A stretch of DNA of 42,224 nt from Candidatus Woesebacteria bacterium RIFCSPHIGHO2_01_FULL_38_10 (lineage in GTDB: Bacteria; Patescibacteriota; Microgenomatia; UBA8517): NCBI GenBank assembly GCA_001792215.1, contig MGGC01000038.1:73761-115984 (forward strand), in the 5' to 3' direction. The number at the start of each line of letters is the position of its first letter. The first letter of the stretch is position 1. The notes under the pieces are model-generated. The model was not told where the DNA came from, did not search any database, and worked only from the letters and a program-made list of their open reading frames with translations. Made by a program: the position numbers and the translations under genes. This document shows, one piece after another, positions 17,145-26,160 of the stretch.

Positions 17145-18323
17145 TTATCTAAGAAGTTTTTTATCCCGATTACCCATATACTCTTCAACTCCTTCTCCTA
17201 ACCTATGAGTAGCGCCTCTCAAACTTTCCCACATTGCCTGCATAGCTTCTATCCTATTTTGGTGTGAAGTTGTAAATTGACAATCGGCCGCATACCCTAC
17301 CAAGGTAGTTAAAAGTGAAGTTGATCCTCCTGCTCCTAATAAAACCGCTGCAACGCCATCTTTATAGCTAGTTGTGGCTGTCCGAAGTGTTTTCCAAGCA
17401 CTCGGAATCGAACCCATTCCCATTGCATATAATGCCTGGACAGATGTTTGAAGATCAACGTAAGCCATCCCTCCTTCCGCTTCAGCCTGAGAAAGGGCGG
17501 CCACTGCCCCTAAGTATCTTTTAAGTGCAGCTAAGGCCTCATCCCGCTCTCTTTTAGAATCGTCAATCTCTATCAAAGCTGCTCTTTGTGAACCCTTTAA
17601 ACTTCTACTTACTTCTGTTTGCGCCTGTTTAACTTCGCCTGATGCTTTCTCAATGTCCGCACTATAACCTTCTGCTGATTCCAAAATATCATCTTTAACC
17701 ATCCGCGTATGCGCTATTGCAAGCCGAGCAGCCTCAACAGCCCTAAATCTTGGTTCAAGTCTTGTGTATGCACTAGCACCAGCTTGAACAAATGGCGAAA
17801 GAGCACCGATGCCGGCTATCACCTTCTCTAAGGGCATAAGAGGCGCTTCTCTTAGTCCCAATCTTCCCGCCAGTTTTTCTCCACCTTTACGTACAGCCTG
17901 ACCAGGATTTCTCAAAACCTCTAAGGCTCTTTGGAGTCCAGCCATATCTCCTGTCCAAATTAATCCTTCTGAGGCTGTTAAAAAGTCTTCATGAACATCC
18001 CTTGTCAACCCTCCTGAAGCCTGCGAAGCAGCCCAATAACATAGTCTATCTAAGCGATATATCATCACTGCACTGTTGGCGGCTAAGTAGGAGGCGGTGT
18101 CGCCACTGGCCAAGTCCTCAACAAGCTGCCTGGCTAAATCAGTACCTTCTTCTTTTTTAACTGGAGATCTTCTGCCTGAAATCCTGTCTATTGCATTTAA
18201 GGTAGCCCCCATAAGACGACCTATTTCTGGTACTCCTTTTTTGGCCATGTCCACTAAAGCCTCAGGATTAAGGGGACTGGCCTCTGGGGGTAAAACTTCT
18301 ATAAGATCTCTTCTTTCTGTCAT
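17145..18323 (-). CDS. Hypothetical alpha-helical/coiled-coil protein
   Basis: 392-aa Ala-rich ORF. Confidence 0.8.
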   Translation of the reverse strand: MTERRDLIEVLPPEASPLNPEALVDMAKKGVPEIGRLMGATLNAIDRISGRRSPVKKEEGTDLARQLVEDLASGDTASYLAANSAVMIYRLDRLCYWAASQASGGLTRDVHEDFLTASEGLIWTGDMAGLQRALEVLRNPGQAVRKGGEKLAGRLGLREAPLMPLEKVIAGIGALSPFVQAGASAYTRLEPRFRAVEAARLAIAHTRMVKDDILESAEGYSADIEKASGEVKQAQTEVSRSLKGSQRAALIEIDDSKRERDEALAALKRYLGAVAALSQAEAEGGMAYVDLQTSVQALYAMGMGSIPSAWKTLRTATTSYKDGVAAVLLGAGGSTSLLTTLVGYAADCQFTTSHQNRIEAMQAMWESLRGATHRLGEGVEEYMGNRDKKLLR

Positions 18324-18356
18324 ACTTCTAAACCTTTGCTGAATCTTCTTAATAAG

Positions 18357-19436
18357 TCAATAACGAACCCGACTTGTTCTGCGCATTATAGCTTCTACTT
18401 CTCTAGGAGTCAATCCTATAGGAGTTCCTCTGAACATACCCAAAGCCGCTTCTGTCAAAAAACCAATTTCAGCAGCTGTTAACCTTAAATCCCTCTGTCC
18501 AGCCATGGATGCGACCGCAGCTAACTCTGAAGAGACAAGTGCCCCTTGCACTGCCCCCCGCGCCAATCTCTTTCCCCTTGAGGCAAAATAGTTCTCACTT
18601 TCCTCCTTAACTTCCTCCAATAAATAAGGATCTTTTCCAATTACTCCTGCCGTCAGTCCACTCGTTACTGCCCTAATTCCCAGTCTGGTTGATTGAGCTA
18701 ATGATCCATTTACAATGGAACGAGTTTTGGAATCAAGCCCGCCTACAACTTCGATAAATAAAGGATCAATTCTGATAGAAGGGAATACTTCTGTCACCCT
18801 AACTCTTCCGTAGCTTACTGATTCGCCAAATTCTAATCCACCCAGAATCTCTCTGCCGCGAGATAATGCCTTAACAATTTCTTTTATCCTTTCTCCAGAA
18901 ATTGATTTTATCCGTTGAAGTCTAACTCCTGGCGTTGGCGGGTGAACAGGAATTAGTTCCGGTTGCCTTATTGTTGGTAATCCAGGCAGTGAAACAGATC
19001 TGGGACGAGAAGTGATTTCATTATCCCACCCTTCTATCACCTTCAATCCTTCAATCACTTTCCGACTTGGAAATATTTCCGGAACAACATAAGCAGGTCT
19101 TTCAAAAAACGCACTCTCTATATCCGGCCAGCCTGGTTTCATACTCCGTACGGCTTTAAGTATCTCTACACATATAGGTGTATTACTTGCGCCTTTGACA
19201 TTCTCAAAAAAAGACGCTATCAATTCCGGTCCCGGTAAGTCGAACGGTTTTAATTGTTTAAGTGCAGGTTCTTTTTGCTGCGTCGCTGCAATACGCCTCA
19301 AATCCACTGCTTGTCGGCTCAAATCATCTTTTAACCCGCCCAACTCAACCTCTCTGCCACCTTCAATCATTGATATAGCATCAGAGACTTGCTTATTCAA
19401 CTCAGCAACCATTAATAGTGGGTTCTCAGGAGTCAT
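18357..19436 (-). CDS. Hypothetical protein
   Basis: 359-aa ORF, 33 nt from the next gene; central Pro-rich segment. Confidence 0.8.
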   Translation of the reverse strand: MTPENPLLMVAELNKQVSDAISMIEGGREVELGGLKDDLSRQAVDLRRIAATQQKEPALKQLKPFDLPGPELIASFFENVKGASNTPICVEILKAVRSMKPGWPDIESAFFERPAYVVPEIFPSRKVIEGLKVIEGWDNEITSRPRSVSLPGLPTIRQPELIPVHPPTPGVRLQRIKSISGERIKEIVKALSRGREILGGLEFGESVSYGRVRVTEVFPSIRIDPLFIEVVGGLDSKTRSIVNGSLAQSTRLGIRAVTSGLTAGVIGKDPYLLEEVKEESENYFASRGKRLARGAVQGALVSSELAAVASMAGQRDLRLTAAEIGFLTEAALGMFRGTPIGLTPREVEAIMRRTSRVRY

Positions 19437-19563
19437 ACTTTAAAGATAATGATAATATATTATAGGTTTGGCATAATTGCAAGCCTTAGCGGAATTGACA
19501 ACAAATAAATTTCCTTCCCTTAAAAAACTCGTAAACTAAGGTAAAATATAGGTTAATTGAAAC

Positions 19564-20202
19564 ATGGGATTTCTTGAAATATTTAGAAAAAAACAACCAT
19601 CCCGCCTTGTAATGAGGCTCGTGGATGAAGAAGAAATGGCACGACGGCAAGAGGAATATGGTCGTTTATTCAGTGGTAAAAAACGTCCCCGTGCCGAAAT
19701 TGCAAGAGTGGCTAACTTAGTCGAAGATATCCGATCAGCCGATCCCGATTCCAGGGAAAAGGCCGAAAAGGCAATGTTGAAAGAAGCAATAGAAGATGGA
19801 CAAAGATCCAGACAAAAACTAATCAAGCTAGGAATAAAGCCCACGGATGTAATCACTGAAGGTGAATTAAATAAACTGGCTAGACTGGTGGCTAAACAAA
19901 GAATAGATATAGACCCGAATATGCTCACAGGCGTTAATCAGCGTATGCTCGGCGGAACCATACATTTTTCCTCACTTTTATTTGAAGAAACATTTGAAGA
20001 AAACGATGTTAAGAAGACTCCACGCTCTCTTGGAAGATTTAAGAGAAAGAGAAGGAGAAAAGAAAAAAAGATCCTGAAAACTTATCAACCCAAAATCATT
20101 TTTTGCGACAGATTAAAGCACAGTGCTTTTTTCCAGAATGAAATTATTCTCCCTCTACTCTTCTTCTTTTTCCCCAAGCTTCTTCGATCTGCGCCTTGGT
20201 AG
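19564..20202 (+). CDS. Hypothetical charged protein; 3' end uncertain
   Basis: ORF overlaps the convergent gene by 59 nt; the tail may be frameshift read-through. Confidence 0.6.
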   Translation: MGFLEIFRKKQPSRLVMRLVDEEEMARRQEEYGRLFSGKKRPRAEIARVANLVEDIRSADPDSREKAEKAMLKEAIEDGQRSRQKLIKLGIKPTDVITEGELNKLARLVAKQRIDIDPNMLTGVNQRMLGGTIHFSSLLFEETFEENDVKKTPRSLGRFKRKRRRKEKKILKTYQPKIIFCDRLKHSAFFQNEIILPLLFFFFPKLLRSAPW

Positions 20203-20419
20203 TCACAAAACTAACGTAGGATCGCGCGGGTTCGCCTCTTTCTCTCCCAGCATCAGCATCTGCACGTTGATATCCCTCTATATCTTTCAACTGCTCTGGA
20301 GTTAATTTAAGAATTTGCTCTTCGGTCAAAGACCCAGATATCGCTACTTCTCTGAGATTAAGTCCAGGCTGTTCTTCACTAGAATCTGCAGATTTTCGTC
20401 TAAATAATGATAGTCTCAT
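20144..20419 (-). CDS. Small hypothetical protein (MRLSLFRRKS...)
   Basis: AAGGTGA SD before ATG 20419; TTGACA promoter upstream. Confidence 0.65.
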   Translation of the reverse strand: MRLSLFRRKSADSSEEQPGLNLREVAISGSLTEEQILKLTPEQLKDIEGYQRADADAGRERGEPARSYVSFVTTKAQIEEAWGKRRRVEGE

Positions 20420-20547
20420 ATTCACCTTCTTTCTTGATTTTAGTACAACCCTATAATATACTTTCTTTGCCAAATTTGTCAAGTAACTGTTCGTATCCGG
20501 AAATTACTTTTTTTACTTCCACAAGTTTCGTACTTAAACCAAAAAAA

Positions 20548-20663
20548 CACCTCCGGGGCTTCGACCGTGAGCTCAGCCGAATCGGTGTGCGAAGTACTCC
20601 CCGGACGGTGGAAGGAATTACTTTTCACCTCGGAGGAATCCCTTCGGGCTACCTTCCGAGGTG
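20548..20663. repeat. Cluster of REP-like palindromic elements
   Basis: CACCTCCGGGG...CCCCGGACGGTG and CACCTCGGAGG...CCTTCCGAGGTG hairpins; GC-rich within an AT-rich intergenic region. Confidence 0.7.
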
Positions 20664-20736
20664 ATCTTTCTTAAAAGGCCCAAAACTTGGTTAAATATTT
20701 ACATTCTCCTGAAAAAGCCTATAATGTGTTTAACTT

Positions 20737-21009
20737 ATGGGAAGCGTTTCGATTGATAGGTTAAGCACATATCCACCCAGTAGAAAAGGAAAGGATGTTT
20801 GTTCGGGCTGTTATTTCAGACTAACATATGGAAAAACTAGATGGGGAAATGAAAAATTTGAATGTGATAAACTTATCCCGCAGACAGGAAATTGTCAACC
20901 TCCGACCGGCAAAGAACCCCAACACTGCACGCGACTTAAAAAAAGGAGTAAAATTTCTCTATCAGAACTTCCACCAAAAAAGGGCAGATCTGATATAATC
21001 GACCTTTAG
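20737..21009 (+). CDS. Small Cys-rich basic protein
   Basis: CxxC plus three further Cys; TATAAT upstream. Confidence 0.55.
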   Translation: MGSVSIDRLSTYPPSRKGKDVCSGCYFRLTYGKTRWGNEKFECDKLIPQTGNCQPPTGKEPQHCTRLKKRSKISLSELPPKKGRSDIIDL

Positions 21010-21058
21010 TTGATCTTCTCGGCAAGGTTCTTACAATACTTAAGAAGTAATTTCTGAC

Positions 21059-21085
21059 TACCTTGCAGGTTCTCTCCTTTAAAGG
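21059..21085. repeat. 27-bp element identical to 24843-24869
   Basis: TACCTTGCAGGTTCTCTCCTTTAAAGG. Confidence 0.9.
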
Positions 21086-21173
21086 GTGCAAAAACACAAG
21101 CCGCAGCAACTACTGGTTTGGCTAAAAAGTGCATTTTTCAAAAAAATTTGATTAAATGCGCTATAATTAAAGC

Positions 21174-21317
21174 ATGTCTGAAGAAGTTGACAGACCATCT
21201 TCAGAAAAAAATCCCGCAGGACAGACCGTCCGTTTAACAGTTCCAGAAGAGTTAGAAGAAGACCTTAAAACAAACAGTCCTCACGCCGGCAAGATTTTTG
21301 CAATACTTAAAAAGTAA
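21174..21317 (+). CDS. 47-aa small protein, ribbon-helix-helix-like segment
   Basis: TATAAT 6 nt before the ATG; VRLTVPEELEEDLK. Confidence 0.5.
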   Translation: MSEEVDRPSSEKNPAGQTVRLTVPEELEEDLKTNSPHAGKIFAILKK

Positions 21318-21366
21318 CTAAGATTCTTCTTGCAATCTTAAAACAATTTGAAATATACTTTACTTT

Positions 21367-22914
21367 ATGGATCCTTCTGTCCCGAAAAAAGAAATACTCA
21401 ATCCCCTTTCAGAAAGTTCGCAACCTTCCGAGCTTACCCAACCATCCGAACCTTACCACGAATTTAAAGAATCTAAAGAGAAAAAGCTCCCTAAAATAAT
21501 TCCGCTTTCAGCTATTCTTTTCATTTTCCTTCTAATTATTGCCAGTTTCTTCGCTACTGCCTGGGCTCTGGCTTACGAAAAGGTGAAGCTTGAAAAATAC
21601 CCTGATTTTCAAAAAAGGATTTCGCACTTTGTCCAAAGCCTGCCTTTAACACCCAAAACCCCAAAATTCTTAATCGAAAAAACCATAACAGCTCAACAAA
21701 ATGCAGCAAAACATTCATTTGATGTTTCTTTAGCCTTTGATTCGGACAGTCTAATCAGCTCTCTGGGTTTGGCTAAACTTGATCTTGAAGCAAAGGGCGC
21801 CGCCGATTATAGCGATCCTAAAAATCTAATCTTTGATTTAAACGCCTCAATCAGCAAAGATTTTAAGCTGGATCTGAAAAAGAAAGATGCCATTATCTTT
21901 TTCAAAATAACCAAATTTCCCACACTTCTTTTAAGTTTGGCCGGTATAAAAGAGGAGGAGCTTAGCCCAATTACCGATAAATGGGTTTCTTACGATACCT
22001 CGGGTCTAAATACTTTGGCCAGAAAAGAAGTCGATAAAAGAAAAGAGATGAAAAGTTTAAATGATTATTTAAAAGAAACTCAGGAAAAGTATCTTGATGA
22101 GTTTGTTTTGGAGAGAATGAAGACCGAGAAGGTCAGGGAGGACACTGGCACTTTTTATAAAATCAGCTTAAACCAAAGCGACGAAGTTTTAAACCATATC
22201 GGAGAGAAGCTTATTAAAGAAGCTGAAAAAAGTTATCAGGAACAATATAAACTTCCTCTTCCTTCACAAGGAGCAATCAAAATTAAAGCTTCCGACTATA
22301 TAAAAAATTTCAAGCTGGAAGTATTTATCGACAGTAATAACTTCCACACCAGAAAAATTTTACTTTCAGCCGACTTTAAAAATCTTTCCCCAATAATCAG
22401 CAACATTTATTCAGAAGAAGAAGTCTTTGGCAGATCAGATAATAAGGTTATTAAAATGGCTCTGGTTGCCAAATTTGACGATTTCGGAAAAGATGTTGTT
22501 ATTCAAAAACCGGCCGCAAGTATGAATCTTGAAGAATTCATAAATCAGTTATCGGGAATGCCAATTGCAGGGGGTTTACTGGGAATTTCTCCTTCCGATC
22601 AGCTAAAATCCTCAAGGGATACGCAAAGAAGGCAAGATCTAGCCAGGCTACAAACCCTGCTTGATATTTACTTCGCAGAATGCAAGAAATTTCCACAAGG
22701 TCTAGACAAGGACGCTTCAGGTAAAGCAGGCTGCACTGGGCTTGTCCCCGCTTACCTGGCCAATATTCCCAAAGACCCTAAAGACCAAAGTAACTACTAT
22801 TATAAATCAGACGGAAAAACTTATGATCTTTGCGCAAAACTGGAAGTAAGTAATCTTCCATCCACCTGCCCTAACCCGGCCTATAATTATAAGGTGGGTT
22901 CAAAATCCCCTTAA
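21367..22914 (+). CDS. Membrane-anchored protein with a C-terminal GspG/pilin-like globular domain
   Basis: TM near residues 45-70; RDTQRRQDL...YF...FP...YLANIPKDP...YYY...YDLCAKLE. Confidence 0.8.
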   Translation: MDPSVPKKEILNPLSESSQPSELTQPSEPYHEFKESKEKKLPKIIPLSAILFIFLLIIASFFATAWALAYEKVKLEKYPDFQKRISHFVQSLPLTPKTPKFLIEKTITAQQNAAKHSFDVSLAFDSDSLISSLGLAKLDLEAKGAADYSDPKNLIFDLNASISKDFKLDLKKKDAIIFFKITKFPTLLLSLAGIKEEELSPITDKWVSYDTSGLNTLARKEVDKRKEMKSLNDYLKETQEKYLDEFVLERMKTEKVREDTGTFYKISLNQSDEVLNHIGEKLIKEAEKSYQEQYKLPLPSQGAIKIKASDYIKNFKLEVFIDSNNFHTRKILLSADFKNLSPIISNIYSEEEVFGRSDNKVIKMALVAKFDDFGKDVVIQKPAASMNLEEFINQLSGMPIAGGLLGISPSDQLKSSRDTQRRQDLARLQTLLDIYFAECKKFPQGLDKDASGKAGCTGLVPAYLANIPKDPKDQSNYYYKSDGKTYDLCAKLEVSNLPSTCPNPAYNYKVGSKSP

Positions 22915-22982
22915 TATTAAGACTTTCAACTTTTTGGGCTACAACTTGCTTTAATAATAAAACTTAAGCTATTATTTTCTCC

Positions 22983-23840
22983 ATGAATGAGGACGTGATT
23001 AAAGGCAGTGAGTTTTCCCGGGAAAAAAAGGAAAAGTTTGGCAAGCTCCCAAATATTTCAAGGGCTGAAAAAATAATAATTGCTTTAGGAGTGCTTAGCT
23101 TAATTTTAACCTTGATAGGAGGAGTCTTCTTTTTAGGCAGAATGAGCCGATTTTCTGAAACTGACGAGCTAATAACTCCATCTCCCCATCCATCGCCAAC
23201 GCCGTTTCAAGAACCGTCAGAAACTCCTCTTCCTGCTCAATCAGGAACGCCAACTCCAACAAAAAAGTCAAATCCAACGCCATTGCCCAGCGTAACTCCT
23301 GCCCCGGCTATAAAAACCAAAATTTTATCCTCAAGCGCTTCTTTGGACGGATTTCGTTCCAGTAATGGAGAAGGTCATAGCGGACTGGAGATAAGGTCCG
23401 GGAGAAACATGTATTTAGTAAGCAGAGGTTTTGTCAGCTTCAATCTTTCAAACATCCCTTCTGGCGCAAATATTCAAAAGGCAATTTTAAGGCTTTATCA
23501 GGCGAAAATTATCGGAAATCCTTACAGCGTTGGCGGGTCTTTAAAAGTTGACCACTTAACTTACGGAGATTCTTTGGAAGATGGCGATTATGCAATCTCC
23601 ACCTTAACCTCAAGTTTCGCAACTCTGGCAACTAATTCGGCAGTGGAATGGAAAGATGTTGATGTAACCGACACTGTCAGAGACGATATTGCCAACGCCC
23701 GCTCAAAAAGTCAATTTAGGATTCATTTTCAGACAGAAAATACCGGGAGAGACGCAACCGGTGATTTTACCTATTTTGAAGCCAATGAAAATTCGCAAAG
23801 TTCAGGCAATATTCCTCAACTGGTCGTTGAATACTACTGA
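22983..23840 (+). CDS. Surface protein: TM, Pro/Thr linker, DNRLRE/CBM96-like domain
   Basis: RGFVSFNLSNIP.GANI.KA.LRLY, W..VDVT..V, PQLVVEY. Confidence 0.8.
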   Translation: MNEDVIKGSEFSREKKEKFGKLPNISRAEKIIIALGVLSLILTLIGGVFFLGRMSRFSETDELITPSPHPSPTPFQEPSETPLPAQSGTPTPTKKSNPTPLPSVTPAPAIKTKILSSSASLDGFRSSNGEGHSGLEIRSGRNMYLVSRGFVSFNLSNIPSGANIQKAILRLYQAKIIGNPYSVGGSLKVDHLTYGDSLEDGDYAISTLTSSFATLATNSAVEWKDVDVTDTVRDDIANARSKSQFRIHFQTENTGRDATGDFTYFEANENSQSSGNIPQLVVEYY

Positions 23841-23996
23841 ATGTTCTGGTAGCTTCCAACTTTCCTCGTAAGGCTTGGGGCTTAAAATTTTTAAAACTAC
23901 AACTATTTAGCAACATCTGCTAAAATAGTTTCTGGTGAATTTATATGACTCATAATCAAATATTCCAAATCACCTATCGAAAGGGGGCGAAATATA

Positions 23997-24191
23997 ATGG
24001 TTGTTGTCAAAAAGGAAAAGGGAGAATCAGAGGAAAGGCTTATTGCTCGTTTCAAAAAGAAGGTCGTGGATTCTGGAATCCTCCAGGAGATCCGTGACCG
24101 ACAACGCTATAAACCACCTTCGGAAAAAAGAAAAGAGCAAAAGTCCCGAATAAAACACTATATCGAATTGGAAAAGAAGAGAAGTTATTAA
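23997..24191 (+). CDS. rpsU: 30S ribosomal protein S21
   Basis: GES.ERLI.RFKK.V...GIL.E.R.R.RY.PPSEKR; G-rich SD. Confidence 0.92.
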   Translation: MVVVKKEKGESEERLIARFKKKVVDSGILQEIRDRQRYKPPSEKRKEQKSRIKHYIELEKKRSY

Positions 24192-24243
24192 ACCAATCTC
24201 AGAAGCTTTTTCAAAACCTCACTTATAATTCGGTTTTGAAAAG

Positions 24244-25002
24244 TTATATGAGTTTATTTAGGAAAGTCTGGACAAACCTTTCCCTATGAAACCTCGTAAT
24301 CCCGTATTTTAAGATTGCCTGCCTGTGTTCTTTCGTTCCGTAACCTTTATTCCTATCAAACTTGTATTTTCGAAGATTTCTCTCTTCAGAGATTTTTTCC
24401 ATAAGTTTGTCTCTATAAACCTTGGCGATAATTGAGGCAGAAGCAATCGAGAATGACTTTTCATCACCATCAATTAGCGCCAATTGTCTTGACCGAGAGC
24501 GCGAGATTAAATGCCCACTATTCCCCTTTTTTGCGTTTTTGCAGGTTTTAATATTTCTTCGTCCAACAGGAAAACCGCGCATAAAGGGAAGATAAAAGGC
24601 ATCAAGAAGTAAAAAGTCTATCGATCTTATTTTGTATTTTGACTTTAGACGCCCGTTCGCATCAATTATTGCTCTTCTAAATGCAACTGATGTTGCTCGA
24701 GTCATTCCCAACATATTTATTTCAGGAACGCTCGCCTCCCCAATTCCCCAGGTTACACTGTTTCTACGAATCCATTTATCAGCAATTTCTCTTTGTCTGG
24801 CAGTCAACTTCTTGGAATCATCAATTTTCACACCTTGGCGGGTACCTTGCAGGTTCTCTCCTTTAAAGGTGGGTGGAAATACCACACATCCGACAACCAC
24901 AGGTCCTGCAAAACAGCCTCTCCCAACCTCATCAGCTCCTGCAACTAATTTATGGCCTTTCTTCCAAAGCTTTTTTTCGAAGAAAAAATCAGGATAACTC
25001 AT
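24244..25002 (-). CDS. rnhB: Ribonuclease HII with two loop insertions
   Basis: GADEVGRG, DSKKL, LLDA, GD..S.SIASASIIAKV.RD, NKGYGT. Confidence 0.95.
   Translation of the reverse strand: MSYPDFFFEKKLWKKGHKLVAGADEVGRGCFAGPVVVGCVVFPPTFKGENLQGTRQGVKIDDSKKLTARQREIADKWIRRNSVTWGIGEASVPEINMLGMTRATSVAFRRAIIDANGRLKSKYKIRSIDFLLLDAFYLPFMRGFPVGRRNIKTCKNAKKGNSGHLISRSRSRQLALIDGDEKSFSIASASIIAKVYRDKLMEKISEERNLRKYKFDRNKGYGTKEHRQAILKYGITRFHRERFVQTFLNKLI
24843..24869. repeat. 27-bp element inside rnhB, identical to 21059-21085
   Basis: Exact match; encodes roughly TFKGENLQG. Confidence 0.9.
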
Positions 25003-25273
25003 TTTTTTACTTCCAGGCCATTATACTACCCAAACTAATCCTTTACTTTCTTTTTATTGTGCAAATACCCGTCTTACTTAAATTTACTACAAGCAGTTTT
25101 ATGCTTGTAGTTTATTAACCACCTCGAACGGTGGCCCGAAGGGACAAGCTTTACTACCTCGAAGGTGATTTAAGCCTTGTCTTGCGCAGGTAGACCTGTC
25201 TGCAAAACTTGTGTATTCAAAAACTCTTCGTTGTGAATTACAAACTCGAGTTTGTTGAGTATAAAAATAAATT

Positions 25274-25477
25274 ATGATAAAATTCTTATCTGTGAGGGCT
25301 TTGGTAAATTATATCCAAGAAGTAAAATCAGAATTAGAAAAAGTCACCTGGCCTAAAAAAGAGGAGATCATAAAGTTAACTCTTATTGTTTTTATCATCT
25401 CCGGGGTAGTTTCTTTTTATCTTGGAGTGCTTGATTTTACCTTCACCAAACTATTGGAACTTACCATTTCAAAATAA
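25274..25477 (+). CDS. secE: Preprotein translocase SecE (start may be GTG 25292)
   Basis: EVKSELEKVTWP plus one TM; adjacent to nusG. Confidence 0.93.
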   Translation: MIKFLSVRALVNYIQEVKSELEKVTWPKKEEIIKLTLIVFIISGVVSFYLGVLDFTFTKLLELTISK

Positions 25478-25479
25478 TT

Positions 25480-26154
25480 ATGAAAGATACGCAAAAAGCA
25501 AAAAAGGTTAAGGATTTAGTTAAGAAAGACGCTGATCTTTCTGACGACGATAAGGGAAAAATTGTTACGGAACGGGGAACCGGCAGGAAAAAAATCCCCG
25601 GTCATATTGTTATAAATGAGAAAAAAAATCCTGAGGCAAAATGGTATGTTGTCCACACAACCTCGGGTCACGAAGCCCGCATCGCTGAAACTTTAAGACA
25701 AAGAGTTGAAACAATGGGGCTTGAAGAAAAAATATTCGAGATTCTCATCCCGACTCAGGACAGGATTATAATAAGACAGGGCAAAAAAGCCAATATCAAA
25801 GAAAAAATATTTCCCGGCTATATGCTTATTAAAATGCTTCTTAATGACCCCACCTGGCTTGCGGTCCGGACCACTCCGGGAATTACCGGCTTTGTCGGAG
25901 CTGGAAAAAACCCAACTCCATTGTCTCTAAACGAGGTGCAAAATATCCAAAAGTTCGTTTCCTCACCTGCCAAAAGATTTAAAACACGCTTTTCAATCGG
26001 CGAGGCGGTTAAAATCACTGACGGCCCTTTTTCTGACTTTTTGGGAACAATTGATTATATTGACGAAGAAAAAGGAAAGGTAAAGATCCTGGTTTCAATC
26101 TTCGGCCGCGAAACCCCGGTTGAGCTCGATCTTTTGCAGATTGCAAAAGTATAA
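25480..26154 (+). CDS. nusG: Transcription termination/antitermination factor NusG, N-terminally extended
   Basis: WYVVHT.SG.E, FPGY, TPGITGFVG, KOW GPF, IFGRETPVEL. Confidence 0.97.
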   Translation: MKDTQKAKKVKDLVKKDADLSDDDKGKIVTERGTGRKKIPGHIVINEKKNPEAKWYVVHTTSGHEARIAETLRQRVETMGLEEKIFEILIPTQDRIIIRQGKKANIKEKIFPGYMLIKMLLNDPTWLAVRTTPGITGFVGAGKNPTPLSLNEVQNIQKFVSSPAKRFKTRFSIGEAVKITDGPFSDFLGTIDYIDEEKGKVKILVSIFGRETPVELDLLQIAKV

Positions 26155-26160
26155 AGAGTA

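Noticed and set aside
16907-17188. 93-aa minus-strand ORF
   Set aside because: It overlaps the upstream gene end and has an atypical composition; no start signal seen.
20407-20664. 85-aa ORF
   Set aside because: It runs through a promoter and the REP-like hairpins; likely spurious.
12059-25273. Prophage or integrative island at tRNA-Trp
   Set aside because: No integrase, no phage structural genes, no repeat of the tRNA 3' end seen, and the block includes rpsU and rnhB.
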